Shown here in pieces: positions 43,232 through 51,907 of a stretch of 63,284 bases of DNA. Location: contig JBMYTV010000006.1 of NCBI GenBank assembly GCA_049604715.1, forward strand, positions 1 to 63,284, in the 5' to 3' direction. Below the pieces are notes generated by a model, which did not search any database, was not told the origin of the DNA, and was given only the letters and a program-made list of their open reading frames with translations. A program made the position numbers and the translations under genes. This DNA comes from Patescibacteria group bacterium (GTDB taxonomy: Bacteria > Patescibacteriota > Patescibacteriia > S139-126 > S139-133). The stretch's first letter is position 1; the number at the start of each line of letters is the position of its first letter.

Positions 43232-43987
43232 TTATAGTGCCTGAGAGACGAGATACAAAACTGCATCAACGTAACTCCGAAGAACAGATAAGTCTTCATG
43301 AGTACCAAACATACGGAACTCAAGTGTATGCGTTGATGGCTTCCATCTTATCCAATCCCAATTATCTTTTGGGTTAAAATTATTCCGATATGTATGACGA
43401 TAAAGCTCGCTGATTGTACTCATACTCGGATGAAACCCAGATTCATGTGTGACCAAAGTATATGCCTTCAATCTTTTGCCTTCAGAATTGTCGCCCAGTT
43501 CCAGCAAATCCCTTACCACTGATTCATTAGCGTACTTAAGAATGCGCACTGCCTCATCTGGCGTAACACCAACATGAATCTGAAACGATGCAACTTGTGA
43601 TGCTGCCACGCGTACACTGTAATCAAGCGTTTGCCATAAGCGTAAGTGACGATCATTGCATGGATTCACAAGCAGCTGCCCAAGTTCATCCTCTGGCACA
43701 AACTCCACATGCATAATAGACGCACCAAATCCGACGGCTGTATCAGAGAGGTAATTACGTAATACTTTAATTTGTGAAAACAACTCATCCACATTACTAC
43801 ACGGAACGCTTTTGACCTCAATTTGGCCTGCAAATAACTCTGTTGAAAACTGTGTCGGAAGTAAATTACGCTCCAAACATCCTTGCACAAGTAACTGCAA
43901 CACATCAGCTACGCGGGGTATAACTATACCATCCTTTACTATAAAGCCCTCATCCTCTATACCAAGAGTTCGAAATGATTGTTTCAT
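43232..43987 (-). CDS. short GCS2-type carboxylate-amine ligase-like protein, paralog c (start revised to MKQSFRTLGIEDEG)
   Basis: TLGIEDEGFIV (GvE.E motif) and SFQIHVGVTPDEAVRILKYAN (HvGv signature). AGGAG lies 6 nt upstream of the ATG at 43985-43987. 251 aa, lacking the usual C-terminal third. Confidence 0.55.
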   Translation of the reverse strand: MKQSFRTLGIEDEGFIVKDGIVIPRVADVLQLLVQGCLERNLLPTQFSTELFAGQIEVKSVPCSNVDELFSQIKVLRNYLSDTAVGFGASIMHVEFVPEDELGQLLVNPCNDRHLRLWQTLDYSVRVAASQVASFQIHVGVTPDEAVRILKYANESVVRDLLELGDNSEGKRLKAYTLVTHESGFHPSMSTISELYRHTYRNNFNPKDNWDWIRWKPSTHTLEFRMFGTHEDLSVLRSYVDAVLYLVSQAL

Positions 43988-44026
43988 ATTTGTCTCCTTT
44001 CGACATATGATTATATGGTAATGAAC

Positions 44027-44316
44027 AAAAAACTTCCATCCTTGTATACATACCAAATAGATACGTATACAAGGACGGAAGCTTTACTCCGCGGTACCAC
44101 CTTGTTTATGTAAAAAAATATCCGCCAGCAGCGGATACATATTACATCACTTTACTGACTCAGTCTCTACGTGAGTAGACGACATCAGATGTAGTTGATT
44201 ACGGGCTACAAACCCCGAGCTATCACACCACACTCTGTATACACACAGTATGTAGCAATAACCATCCATAATCCGCAGACCCAACCCTAAAGCTTTTGAC
44301 TTTAGGATCTGCAGGG
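44027..44316 (-). promoter_or_regulatory. T-box riboswitch leader (tRNA-sensing transcription antiterminator)
   Basis: Minus strand reads ACAAGG-UGGUACC-GCGGAG-UAAAG-CUUCCGU-CCUUGU, i.e. the conserved T-box sequence GGUGGUACCGCG (44089-44105) folded as helix A1 (ACAAGG/CCUUGU), a 7-nt UGGN bulge and helix A2. The competing terminator CUUCCGUCCUUGUAUAC/GUAUACAAGGAUGGAAG has 17 bp including one G-U and is followed by U6 (44027-44081). Stem III candidate at 44119-44137. Upstream helices contain ACAGAGUG...GGUGUGA (AG-bulge/distal-loop-like) and a CCGUAA (F-box-like) element. Confidence 0.85.
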
Positions 44317-44369
44317 ATATTATATTTGTAAATGTATTTCTAGGGTATCAAAAACCAAATACCTGTCAA

Positions 44370-45641
44370 CTACTCATCGAGCACACTGCTTGTGAGCAGC
44401 AAATCAACTTCGCGTATCTCACCACTATTTTGCACCGTCAACTGCACCACATCACCAATACGATACTCTTGCAAAAGTGAAGTTACTGAATGGCGAGCAT
44501 CCACATCATCATCATTAACCTTCAAAACAATATCTCCAACAGACAACCCAGCATCAGCCGCAGGTGAATCAGAATCGATCGCTGTGACTGCATGTTCCCG
44601 ATCACCAAAAACAAGTGCACCTACTTGGAGATCCTCGCTAAGCAGTGTTGGTAAACCAATGGTATGGGCTAAATCAATATATCTAAAACCTACATAAGGA
44701 CGCTCAATCTCTCCACTACGCAGAAATCGCTCAAATACATCCATGAAGTTCTGTGCTGGGATAACTTTACCATCAGTATAATAAAGCCCAATAATAGCAC
44801 CCTCCATATCAATAAGCGGACTACCATCAAAAGCAGCATCAATATCTTCTTGTACCTTTATAAATGTTGCGTACTTTTCAGTAGACAAAAATGTGTCAGC
44901 AAATCCATCTGCAGGCCTATAATACTGGTGCTCTACAGCAGTAATTACTGACTGTGATGATGGACCTAGGATCGTTTGGCCAATAAGAACTGCTGGTAAA
45001 CCTGGATACACATCACCTTCATCAGCAAACTTGATGACTTTCAAATTCTCTGCTGTCACTTTCAAAAAAACTATATCAGAGACAGGATCAAGCACAACAC
45101 GCTCAATAGGAAGTAATGTATTTGATTCTGTAATAATCACAAGCTCTTTATTTGGCTCATCTGGCATACCTGTAACAGTAGTAGCTAACCAACCATCACT
45201 TGTTAAAACAAGCGCATTGCCTACTTTATCTTCTGGACGATACACTTGGTCAACAAGCTCATCTCCGCCACGTTTTAGGTAAATGCCAACAACAACTTGT
45301 TCAATATTTTCAAGTAATGTTTTTGTTTGATTATTAGCTTCTGTGATTTCTTCTTTTTTAAATACAATAACTTGCTCATCTCCGGTTTCTTCATTCTGCC
45401 TCTCAACTAAACGCGTAGCGTCATAACCTTGGTAGTACAAATAATTATTGATGACGAGCTCACCAACAATACCACCTAGTAAACTAATAATAGCCACGGC
45501 CAGAGCATACAATGCAAAACTCCCACGCCGTGAATGTGGTCTTTCGATCATGCCAATTTCTCCCTCATCTTCATACATTGAATCAACAATCTCGTCGAGG
45601 TTTTCTTCTTTTGCGTCTTTTTTTAGTTTCTTCTTTGCCAT
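44370..45641 (-). CDS. membrane-anchored HtrA/DegP-like trypsin-fold + PDZ protein, apparently lacking the catalytic His and Ser
   Basis: TM helix. Protease-fold motifs GNALVLTSDGWLATTVTG (His position is V), DIVFLKV (Asp kept) and AAFDGSPLIDMEGAIIGL (GNSGGPL-equivalent has D in place of Ser). C-terminal PDZ (AADAGLSVGDIVLKVNDDDV). Confidence 0.6.
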   Translation of the reverse strand: MAKKKLKKDAKEENLDEIVDSMYEDEGEIGMIERPHSRRGSFALYALAVAIISLLGGIVGELVINNYLYYQGYDATRLVERQNEETGDEQVIVFKKEEITEANNQTKTLLENIEQVVVGIYLKRGGDELVDQVYRPEDKVGNALVLTSDGWLATTVTGMPDEPNKELVIITESNTLLPIERVVLDPVSDIVFLKVTAENLKVIKFADEGDVYPGLPAVLIGQTILGPSSQSVITAVEHQYYRPADGFADTFLSTEKYATFIKVQEDIDAAFDGSPLIDMEGAIIGLYYTDGKVIPAQNFMDVFERFLRSGEIERPYVGFRYIDLAHTIGLPTLLSEDLQVGALVFGDREHAVTAIDSDSPAADAGLSVGDIVLKVNDDDVDARHSVTSLLQEYRIGDVVQLTVQNSGEIREVDLLLTSSVLDE

Positions 45642-45686
45642 ATGTCTAGTATATATTACTTTTGTTATATTCGTAAAATATGCACC

Positions 45687-46454
45687 CTAGTACCAAGGGG
45701 TGGTAGCTAATAGTATACCACTTATAATGAAAAACAGCAGAATCAATGTCAACACACTCTTTCTATTCCACACGCCTTTGAGACTGTTCTCATACAACTC
45801 CATAACCACAAAATAAACTAACATAAAGACAATTCCTTTTACATAAACCAAAAAAGGTAAAAATGCTATAGCTATGAACACTTGTGTGAGCAGAAATGCC
45901 CCGACAATGGCAGTCAACCGTTCAGTTCTGAGCAAACGCTGTATATACACATGCTGCATGAGTAAAAGTACCAAAAGTACAAACTGTATACTAGCAGTTA
46001 CAACAAGAGAAAAGTTCAAAAATATCTCTACCGCATACAAAAAGGTAGCCACAAAAAACATACTCACTACATTGATATACTTTATTTGTATTTGTAGAGA
46101 GTTTGGTTGGTACTTAACAGAATGCCAGAAAAAGAAATAAAGAGCCCTTAATATAAAAAATAATCCGAAAGCGACAAGAACCGACTGGACAGTACGAAGC
46201 ATATCAGAATCAGCAAGTACAAAAAATGCGAGCCCACTTACCAAAAGTAAAAACGGACTACCAGCCATAATCACATACTCATTTTGTAAACGCTTTATAC
46301 CTATAATACTTACCCACACAACCAAAAACAGTATCGCAAGTCCTGAAAAAACGTACCAAATATACTCAACATATTGCTCATAATAAACAAGCGCGATTAA
46401 TAAAAGCGCGCTATAACCATATGCTGCTGATGCTGCAAGAATTCTTTTGAACAT
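45687..46454 (-). CDS. polytopic membrane protein, unknown function
   Basis: 255 aa with ~8 hydrophobic helices. Confidence 0.5.
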   Translation of the reverse strand: MFKRILAASAAYGYSALLLIALVYYEQYVEYIWYVFSGLAILFLVVWVSIIGIKRLQNEYVIMAGSPFLLLVSGLAFFVLADSDMLRTVQSVLVAFGLFFILRALYFFFWHSVKYQPNSLQIQIKYINVVSMFFVATFLYAVEIFLNFSLVVTASIQFVLLVLLLMQHVYIQRLLRTERLTAIVGAFLLTQVFIAIAFLPFLVYVKGIVFMLVYFVVMELYENSLKGVWNRKSVLTLILLFFIISGILLATTPWY

Positions 46455-46457
46455 ACA

Positions 46458-46955
46458 TTACAAACTTAACCACGGATACCCAGCAATAAACACATTCATT
46501 CGGTTACGTACTTCCTCCAATGTATCAATATCTACTTCACCATCAACGTATGCATTCATTGTGTCTACTAACTGCTTAAATGAAACACTAAGTGCGACAT
46601 GAAAATCTTGGTACTCGCGAGGTACATGAAGTCTCAACAACTTGTCATAAGCTAGGGTATAAGCACGGGCTGCTGCATGGTAGTTGAGTGTCTCAGAATT
46701 GTAAACTGCAAGTAGCTCACGAATGTCAGACTCATACTTCTCTGTAGTCACCACTTGCTTAGCTGCTGCTGGTTTTGCTACTTCATAAGCTGGTAGTACT
46801 GATTCTTGTTGAATTGACTCAAATCGCGGCTCAAACACTTCCGCATACCTACCTCCAAGTGAGTGCGAATAATGAAGTGACATGATCATACCTACCATAG
46901 TAATAACCACTATGGTTCCTGCAACTAAAAATGAATCTGTATGAAAGACTTTCAT
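46458..46955 (-). CDS. membrane-anchored hypothetical protein
   Basis: 165 aa with an N-terminal TM helix. It ends 4 nt upstream of the start of the downstream gene (45687..46454). Confidence 0.45.
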   Translation of the reverse strand: MKVFHTDSFLVAGTIVVITMVGMIMSLHYSHSLGGRYAEVFEPRFESIQQESVLPAYEVAKPAAAKQVVTTEKYESDIRELLAVYNSETLNYHAAARAYTLAYDKLLRLHVPREYQDFHVALSVSFKQLVDTMNAYVDGEVDIDTLEEVRNRMNVFIAGYPWLSL

Positions 46956-46986
46956 GTTGTTAGTATAGCAAATTTAGACTTAAATG

Positions 46987-48375
46987 TTATTTGAGTTCAA
47001 ACTGCTGTCCAAGCTCAGGAGTATGCACTTTCACTGTTTCTTTCATCTTTTCTATCTCCATTTTCATTTCGTCTTGTGCATTTTCTTCACCATGAACTAA
47101 GAAAGTTTCTTTAATACCTCTAACTGGTTTTATATGATCAAGTAGCTCGTGTTTACCAGCATGCGCTGAAAAAGAATTAATAACAAATACTTTTGCATTC
47201 AAATCATACATACGATCAAATATTTTGATCTGCTTTTCTCTTTCTACGATTCTCCTACCAAGCGTGTGCTGCGCCATAAATCCAACAACCATAACAACAT
47301 TACGACTGTCTTCAACCGCATGCTTAAGATGATGCCTGATACGTCCTGTTTCAGCCATTCCTGAAGTTGAAAGAATCAGCATTGGTCCTTTTTGATAATT
47401 AAGCGCCTTTGAATCCTCAGCACTTGGTGTGTACCTAAGGTTTCTAAATGAAAATGGGTCATCTTCATCAGCAAAGAAACTGGTAATTTCATCGTCAAAA
47501 AATTCTTGGTTTTTTGTAAAAACCTCCGTGAGCTCAGTTGCCATTGGCGAGTCAACATAAATAGGTATACGCGGAATCTTCCCTTCATCTGTCAACTTGT
47601 GCAGAATGTATACAATACCCTGCGTTCTGCCAAGTGCAAAGGCTGGTACAATAATTTTTCCTTTTTGCTGCGCTGCTGTTAGTACTACCTCTTGCACGCG
47701 TGCTTCAAGCTCATCAAGTGGTTCGTGTAACCGATTGCCATATGTACTCTCAGACACTAGATAATCCAATGTATCAAAGTATGCCGGATCTTTTAGGATT
47801 GGTAGCCCACGTCTACCCAAATCACCGGTAAACCCAAGCTTCACGCGTTTATCACCTTCTTTTAAATGAAGCACTACCTGCGCTGAACCTAAAATATGAC
47901 CAGCTTCTATAAATGTAACCTCAACACCTGGGAAAATTTCTGTATGAGTATCAAATTCTACTGCCTGCATCTGCTTTAGCACTCCAGCAACTTCCTCGTG
48001 AGTATAAATTGGATCTATCCATTCTGCCTCTGGTTTATACTTGTTGATATGTCTAGCATCAGAAATCTGAATATCAGCAGCATCTTCAAGCATAATCTTG
48101 GTCACATCACATGTTGGCCGTGTTGCGTACACCGGTCCCCTGAAACCTGTCTTATAAAGTGTTGGCAAACTACCACAATGATCCATATGTGCATGCGACA
48201 ACACTACCGCATCTATACTACTCCCCTCAAAGGGCAAGTTTCTATTTTTTTCTTCTGCCTCAGCGCGCCTACCCTGGAACATGCCACAGTCAAGTAAAAT
48301 CTTTTTACCATTTACTTCAAGCAAATGCTTTGACCCAGTTACCTCCCGCGCAGCTCCCCAAAATGTTATGTTCAT
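46987..48375 (-). CDS. metallo-beta-lactamase fold beta-CASP family RNase (CPSF/RNase J-like)
   Basis: VVLSHAHMDHCGSLP (HxHxDH), followed by a beta-CASP region and a C-terminal H motif (SAHAG). Confidence 0.8.
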   Translation of the reverse strand: MNITFWGAAREVTGSKHLLEVNGKKILLDCGMFQGRRAEAEEKNRNLPFEGSSIDAVVLSHAHMDHCGSLPTLYKTGFRGPVYATRPTCDVTKIMLEDAADIQISDARHINKYKPEAEWIDPIYTHEEVAGVLKQMQAVEFDTHTEIFPGVEVTFIEAGHILGSAQVVLHLKEGDKRVKLGFTGDLGRRGLPILKDPAYFDTLDYLVSESTYGNRLHEPLDELEARVQEVVLTAAQQKGKIIVPAFALGRTQGIVYILHKLTDEGKIPRIPIYVDSPMATELTEVFTKNQEFFDDEITSFFADEDDPFSFRNLRYTPSAEDSKALNYQKGPMLILSTSGMAETGRIRHHLKHAVEDSRNVVMVVGFMAQHTLGRRIVEREKQIKIFDRMYDLNAKVFVINSFSAHAGKHELLDHIKPVRGIKETFLVHGEENAQDEMKMEIEKMKETVKVHTPELGQQFELK

Positions 48376-48384
48376 AAAAATACA

Positions 48385-48855
48385 TTAATAATGATACGGA
48401 CGACCGCTAATAATCATGTGTGCTCGGTACAGCTGCTCAAACAGCATAACTCGAACAAATTCATGTGTAAATGTCATACGAGATAAACTAACAACAGAAT
48501 CTGCGCGCGCATGTATAGTTTTATCAAGTCCAAAGGTACCGCCAATAATCGCACAAATACTGCCACCTGATTCAACAATCTTTTTATCTAAAAAATTTGC
48601 AAACTCCGGCGAGGTATATTCTTTACCTGCTTCATCAAATGCTAGCACATATGAATTTTTAGGTATTTCTTTTTCGATTGCCTCTGCCTCCATCCTTTTA
48701 ATAGCATCATGTGACTGATTGGTTTGTTCACTTGCTGCTTTTACCACACGTACTGTTACGTCTGCGAAATGGCCAAGACGCTCCATGTACACTGCCTCAA
48801 GTGCTTGTATGTCTTTATTCTTAGTCTTTCCTACTACGATAATCTTGTACTGCAT
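48385..48855 (-). CDS. rlmH: 23S rRNA (pseudouridine1915-N3)-methyltransferase RlmH (start revised to MQYKIIVVGK)
   Basis: SPOUT-family pattern: IIVVGKTK..., IIGGTFGL, FTHEFVRVMLFEQLYRA...GRPYH. Confidence 0.85.
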   Translation of the reverse strand: MQYKIIVVGKTKNKDIQALEAVYMERLGHFADVTVRVVKAASEQTNQSHDAIKRMEAEAIEKEIPKNSYVLAFDEAGKEYTSPEFANFLDKKIVESGGSICAIIGGTFGLDKTIHARADSVVSLSRMTFTHEFVRVMLFEQLYRAHMIISGRPYHY

Positions 48856-48856
48856 A

Positions 48857-49435
48857 TTATTTTTCGAAAACCTTCCATTCAAAATCATGCAAAACCACCA
48901 GCTCTAAATCTTGGGAATATTTCTCCATATCCTGTATAGACTGTTCGTTCACATCAAACTCTTCCGCCTCGCTTTCAAAATGACAGATGACCCGTATTGG
49001 TAGCAACCCTAAACCTTTGTTAATTTTTCCAGTTGAAGCAGAATGATAATACGTTGAAAATAAGTACACCCCAGCTGATGAACCAGCTACTATCTTTCCT
49101 TGAATCGCTTCTACAAATTCTGGATGCTCATTCACAGTTGCTAATAACTTATCTGTTATACCCCCACGAAAATAAATTGCTTTGGCACTTTTTATTTGAT
49201 CAATAAAAAATTCTTTATTAGCAACTTCGAACTGTACTTTTGTTTCACCTGCACATTCTGTAATAAACGTAGTATCTTGTGCTGTCAATTTCTCGTACTC
49301 ATTATCCTCACGAGAAAAATATACCAATAGAACAATATCACCATCAGAAAGTTCGCTGACCATTTCAGTAAAAAAACTTTTGTTTAATTCATTACGAGTC
49401 CGCGCAAAACCACCATGTAAAATAAACTTTGTCAT
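48857..49435 (-). CDS. peptidase S51 (dipeptidase E)-like / class I glutamine amidotransferase-like protein
   Basis: ILHGGF..., IYFRGGIT and VAGSSAGV motifs. Confidence 0.55.
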   Translation of the reverse strand: MTKFILHGGFARTRNELNKSFFTEMVSELSDGDIVLLVYFSREDNEYEKLTAQDTTFITECAGETKVQFEVANKEFFIDQIKSAKAIYFRGGITDKLLATVNEHPEFVEAIQGKIVAGSSAGVYLFSTYYHSASTGKINKGLGLLPIRVICHFESEAEEFDVNEQSIQDMEKYSQDLELVVLHDFEWKVFEK

Positions 49436-49447
49436 AAAATTTACTAA

Positions 49448-50449
49448 TTATTTAAATAAAGTCTTACCATACTCCCATATTGCTGGCATATTGTGGACTT
49501 CTTTAAGCCAATACCACCATTCAACACCCCACATAAGTACTGTATCAAAGCCTGTGTCTCTAGCAAATGCTACATTTTGCTGAATCTTTTCTAAATCTAT
49601 TGACTCAAACTGTTGATTTAATGGAAATGAAGTCATAGGAACTGGGGTCCATGGCTCTGTTTGTAGCTCACTGCTAATAACCATAGTTCCTGGAAATGCT
49701 TTTTCAACATGACTTGCCTTATAGTGGTAAAAAGCAGGAGGTAGTGGGTAGTTGAAATATCCCCAAAACGGGTTCCATGTATTTTCGTACATCGACACAC
49801 CAACAATATCTGCGATCTTTGCGCCGTGTCGCCATGATGACAACTCACCACTCTCAGTAATCATTATAGGCAAAGATACACGCTCCTGTACAAAATCAAT
49901 TTCTTTTAACAGAAGCTCTTCATCAAGCGGTGGGCACTCACCAAACACTCCTAAGAATGGTTCATTCTCAATCTGCCAGGCAACTATTGCATCGTGAGTT
50001 TGGTAGCGTTCAATAGTTGCATCAATATAATCAAACAGCTCTTGCTCAAACACTTCACTTGATTCAATCTCACCAAGCCATATAGGATCGTGACACTCAG
50101 GCCAGCGTGGCAACCTTCGTCCTACTGCCAAAATCACTTCAGCATCACGCTTTGCTGCCTCATCAAGCATCCAATCGATTTCATACCAATCAAATTCACC
50201 ACGCTCACGCTCTACCCTATTCCAATACACTGGGATACGGTACAATCTCACACCCAAATCATCAAGTGTCGCGGTAAATGTCTCTTGCCAATCAAGACCA
50301 AGCTCTTCTGCGTATAACGTTGAAAATGTAAATCCAAATGTTGTACCTTTTTCACTTTGAAAACTCTGTCCAGCTATAGCAAAAATAACCACTGCAATAA
50401 GCACCGGAAGTGACCAAAGAATATATGAGATAATTTTTTTCTTTTTCAT
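49448..50449 (-). CDS. membrane-anchored (beta/alpha)8 glycoside hydrolase, clan GH-A-like (start revised to MKKKK)
   Basis: WQIENEP (acid/base NEP motif) and SELQTEPW (candidate nucleophile). N-terminal TM anchor. Confidence 0.55.
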   Translation of the reverse strand: MKKKKIISYILWSLPVLIAVVIFAIAGQSFQSEKGTTFGFTFSTLYAEELGLDWQETFTATLDDLGVRLYRIPVYWNRVERERGEFDWYEIDWMLDEAAKRDAEVILAVGRRLPRWPECHDPIWLGEIESSEVFEQELFDYIDATIERYQTHDAIVAWQIENEPFLGVFGECPPLDEELLLKEIDFVQERVSLPIMITESGELSSWRHGAKIADIVGVSMYENTWNPFWGYFNYPLPPAFYHYKASHVEKAFPGTMVISSELQTEPWTPVPMTSFPLNQQFESIDLEKIQQNVAFARDTGFDTVLMWGVEWWYWLKEVHNMPAIWEYGKTLFK

Positions 50450-50450
50450 A

Positions 50451-51344
50451 CTATGGAAGAACACTTAATGCCAAACCTATAATCAGCACCAATATTGCAA
50501 GGGTTTTCTGTAATACAACTGACTTAGTAAGTGGCTCATCAAGCATTCGTGGGTGCCATCTAGCAACTAATACTATGAATACAAATAAAAAGGCATACTG
50601 GATTCCTTGAAGCGCATTGATAATAGTGACGGGACCAAGCGAGATGGCGTATGACACTAGTAAGAAACTAACTGCACCCAAAATCTGACCTACAACAAAC
50701 CATTCTTTAGCAGCAGGTTTTGATTTCTTTGAACTTTTTGTAATCAACTTCCAGTTTCCAGGAAGTGCTGCCAAGATTGCGACAAATGCAAATGTACCAA
50801 TACGCGTCCACACAAATCCTGATACAAATCCCTGCTCTATATAGACTAACTTCAGCAGTGCATATGACAAACCAAACAACACACTTGAAAGCAGAATGTA
50901 TTTGACGCTCTCAGTAAACAAACGCTTTTTGTTAACTTCCAGTGCTAGAAATATAGTACTAAATACAATCAAAGCAATACCTATGTACTGCTTGAAAACT
51001 AAAGTCTCTGGTAAAAACCACCAAGCAAACGCGAGCACAAACACTGGCTGCAGTCCACCAATCATAGGAGCTACCTGTGATGCCTGGTCTTTGTTAAGTG
51101 CTACCGCTAAGTAATACATAGCCCAAGCATAACTTGCACCTGAAATAAGTGCTATGAGTATTTGTAGTGCTGAGGGAACATAAAAACCAAATGGAATCAA
51201 CACCAGCGCCACTAAATTAAATACGCCTATATAAAACGTAAACACTACTGGCTCTGGAATATCCTTAATTAGCAACCACTTTGAAATAAGTGTTGCGAGT
51301 GCATTAAGTATGTATCCAATAAGCGCAAGTACAAGCCAGAGCAT
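50451..51344 (-). CDS. EamA/DMT-family transporter
   Basis: 10 TM helices in a two-fold EamA-like arrangement. Confidence 0.65.
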   Translation of the reverse strand: MLWLVLALIGYILNALATLISKWLLIKDIPEPVVFTFYIGVFNLVALVLIPFGFYVPSALQILIALISGASYAWAMYYLAVALNKDQASQVAPMIGGLQPVFVLAFAWWFLPETLVFKQYIGIALIVFSTIFLALEVNKKRLFTESVKYILLSSVLFGLSYALLKLVYIEQGFVSGFVWTRIGTFAFVAILAALPGNWKLITKSSKKSKPAAKEWFVVGQILGAVSFLLVSYAISLGPVTIINALQGIQYAFLFVFIVLVARWHPRMLDEPLTKSVVLQKTLAILVLIIGLALSVLP

Positions 51345-51904
51345 TATATAACTTTGTTTAATAATTCTTTAAATTCTTTCAAAGGCAATCCCATTGCAGT
51401 GCTTTTTTCACCAATTACTGTAATGAAAGGTAAGAGCAGTGGTTCTTCTGTAGCAATACCCGCTGCATACCGACCATACACTCCTTTTGCAATAACTTTT
51501 TCAAGTACATCATCGGGTATATTACTGTATGTGACTGTTGCTGTGTCAACAGCACTAAGTTGTATATTGTTCTTCGTGTCTGTCACCACCACACTACTGA
51601 TAAACTGCAAGGGCATCTTTTGTGTCCATTCGATGTTCCGTCTGTATTCTTCCTCTGAGGTCGGTTTTTCTAAAATCTCATCATTACAGTACCCAACAGT
51701 ATCTCCAGTAATTAGTATATGGCTTGGAAATGCATCTTTTAGTGCATCTGCTTTTGCTCTTGCTATTTTGTCAGTTAATGCATAAGGATCGTTATCACGA
51801 ATGCTTTTTTCATCAATATCAGCAGGAGCCACCTCAAATTCATACCCAGCACTTTTTAGCACTTTCTTTCTCCCCCAAGACTGTGATCCTAGTATTAATT
51901 GCAT
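51344..51904 (-). CDS. maf: Maf-family nucleoside-triphosphate pyrophosphatase
   Basis: LILGSQSWGRKKVLKSAGYEFEV..ADIDEK is the Maf N-terminal signature. Confidence 0.8.
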   Translation of the reverse strand: MQLILGSQSWGRKKVLKSAGYEFEVAPADIDEKSIRDNDPYALTDKIARAKADALKDAFPSHILITGDTVGYCNDEILEKPTSEEEYRRNIEWTQKMPLQFISSVVVTDTKNNIQLSAVDTATVTYSNIPDDVLEKVIAKGVYGRYAAGIATEEPLLLPFITVIGEKSTAMGLPLKEFKELLNKVI

Positions 51905-51907
51905 ATG

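Noticed and set aside
44119-44137. Hairpin UAUCCGC-UGCUG-GCGGAUA followed by U7, which could be the terminator of the upstream PDZ-protein gene
   Set aside because: Not fully rejected. Its position immediately 5' of the T-box sequence fits Stem III of a T-box leader. If it terminated all transcription, the downstream antiterminator/terminator would be pointless. It may do both (upstream read-through stop and Stem III).
44100-44340. Possible tmRNA, SRP RNA or RNase P RNA in the 380-nt gap downstream of the PDZ-protein gene
   Set aside because: No GGUUCGA...CCACCA tRNA-like end, no GAGGAAAGUCC P4 element and no SRP domain IV motif were found. The region is fully accounted for by a T-box leader.
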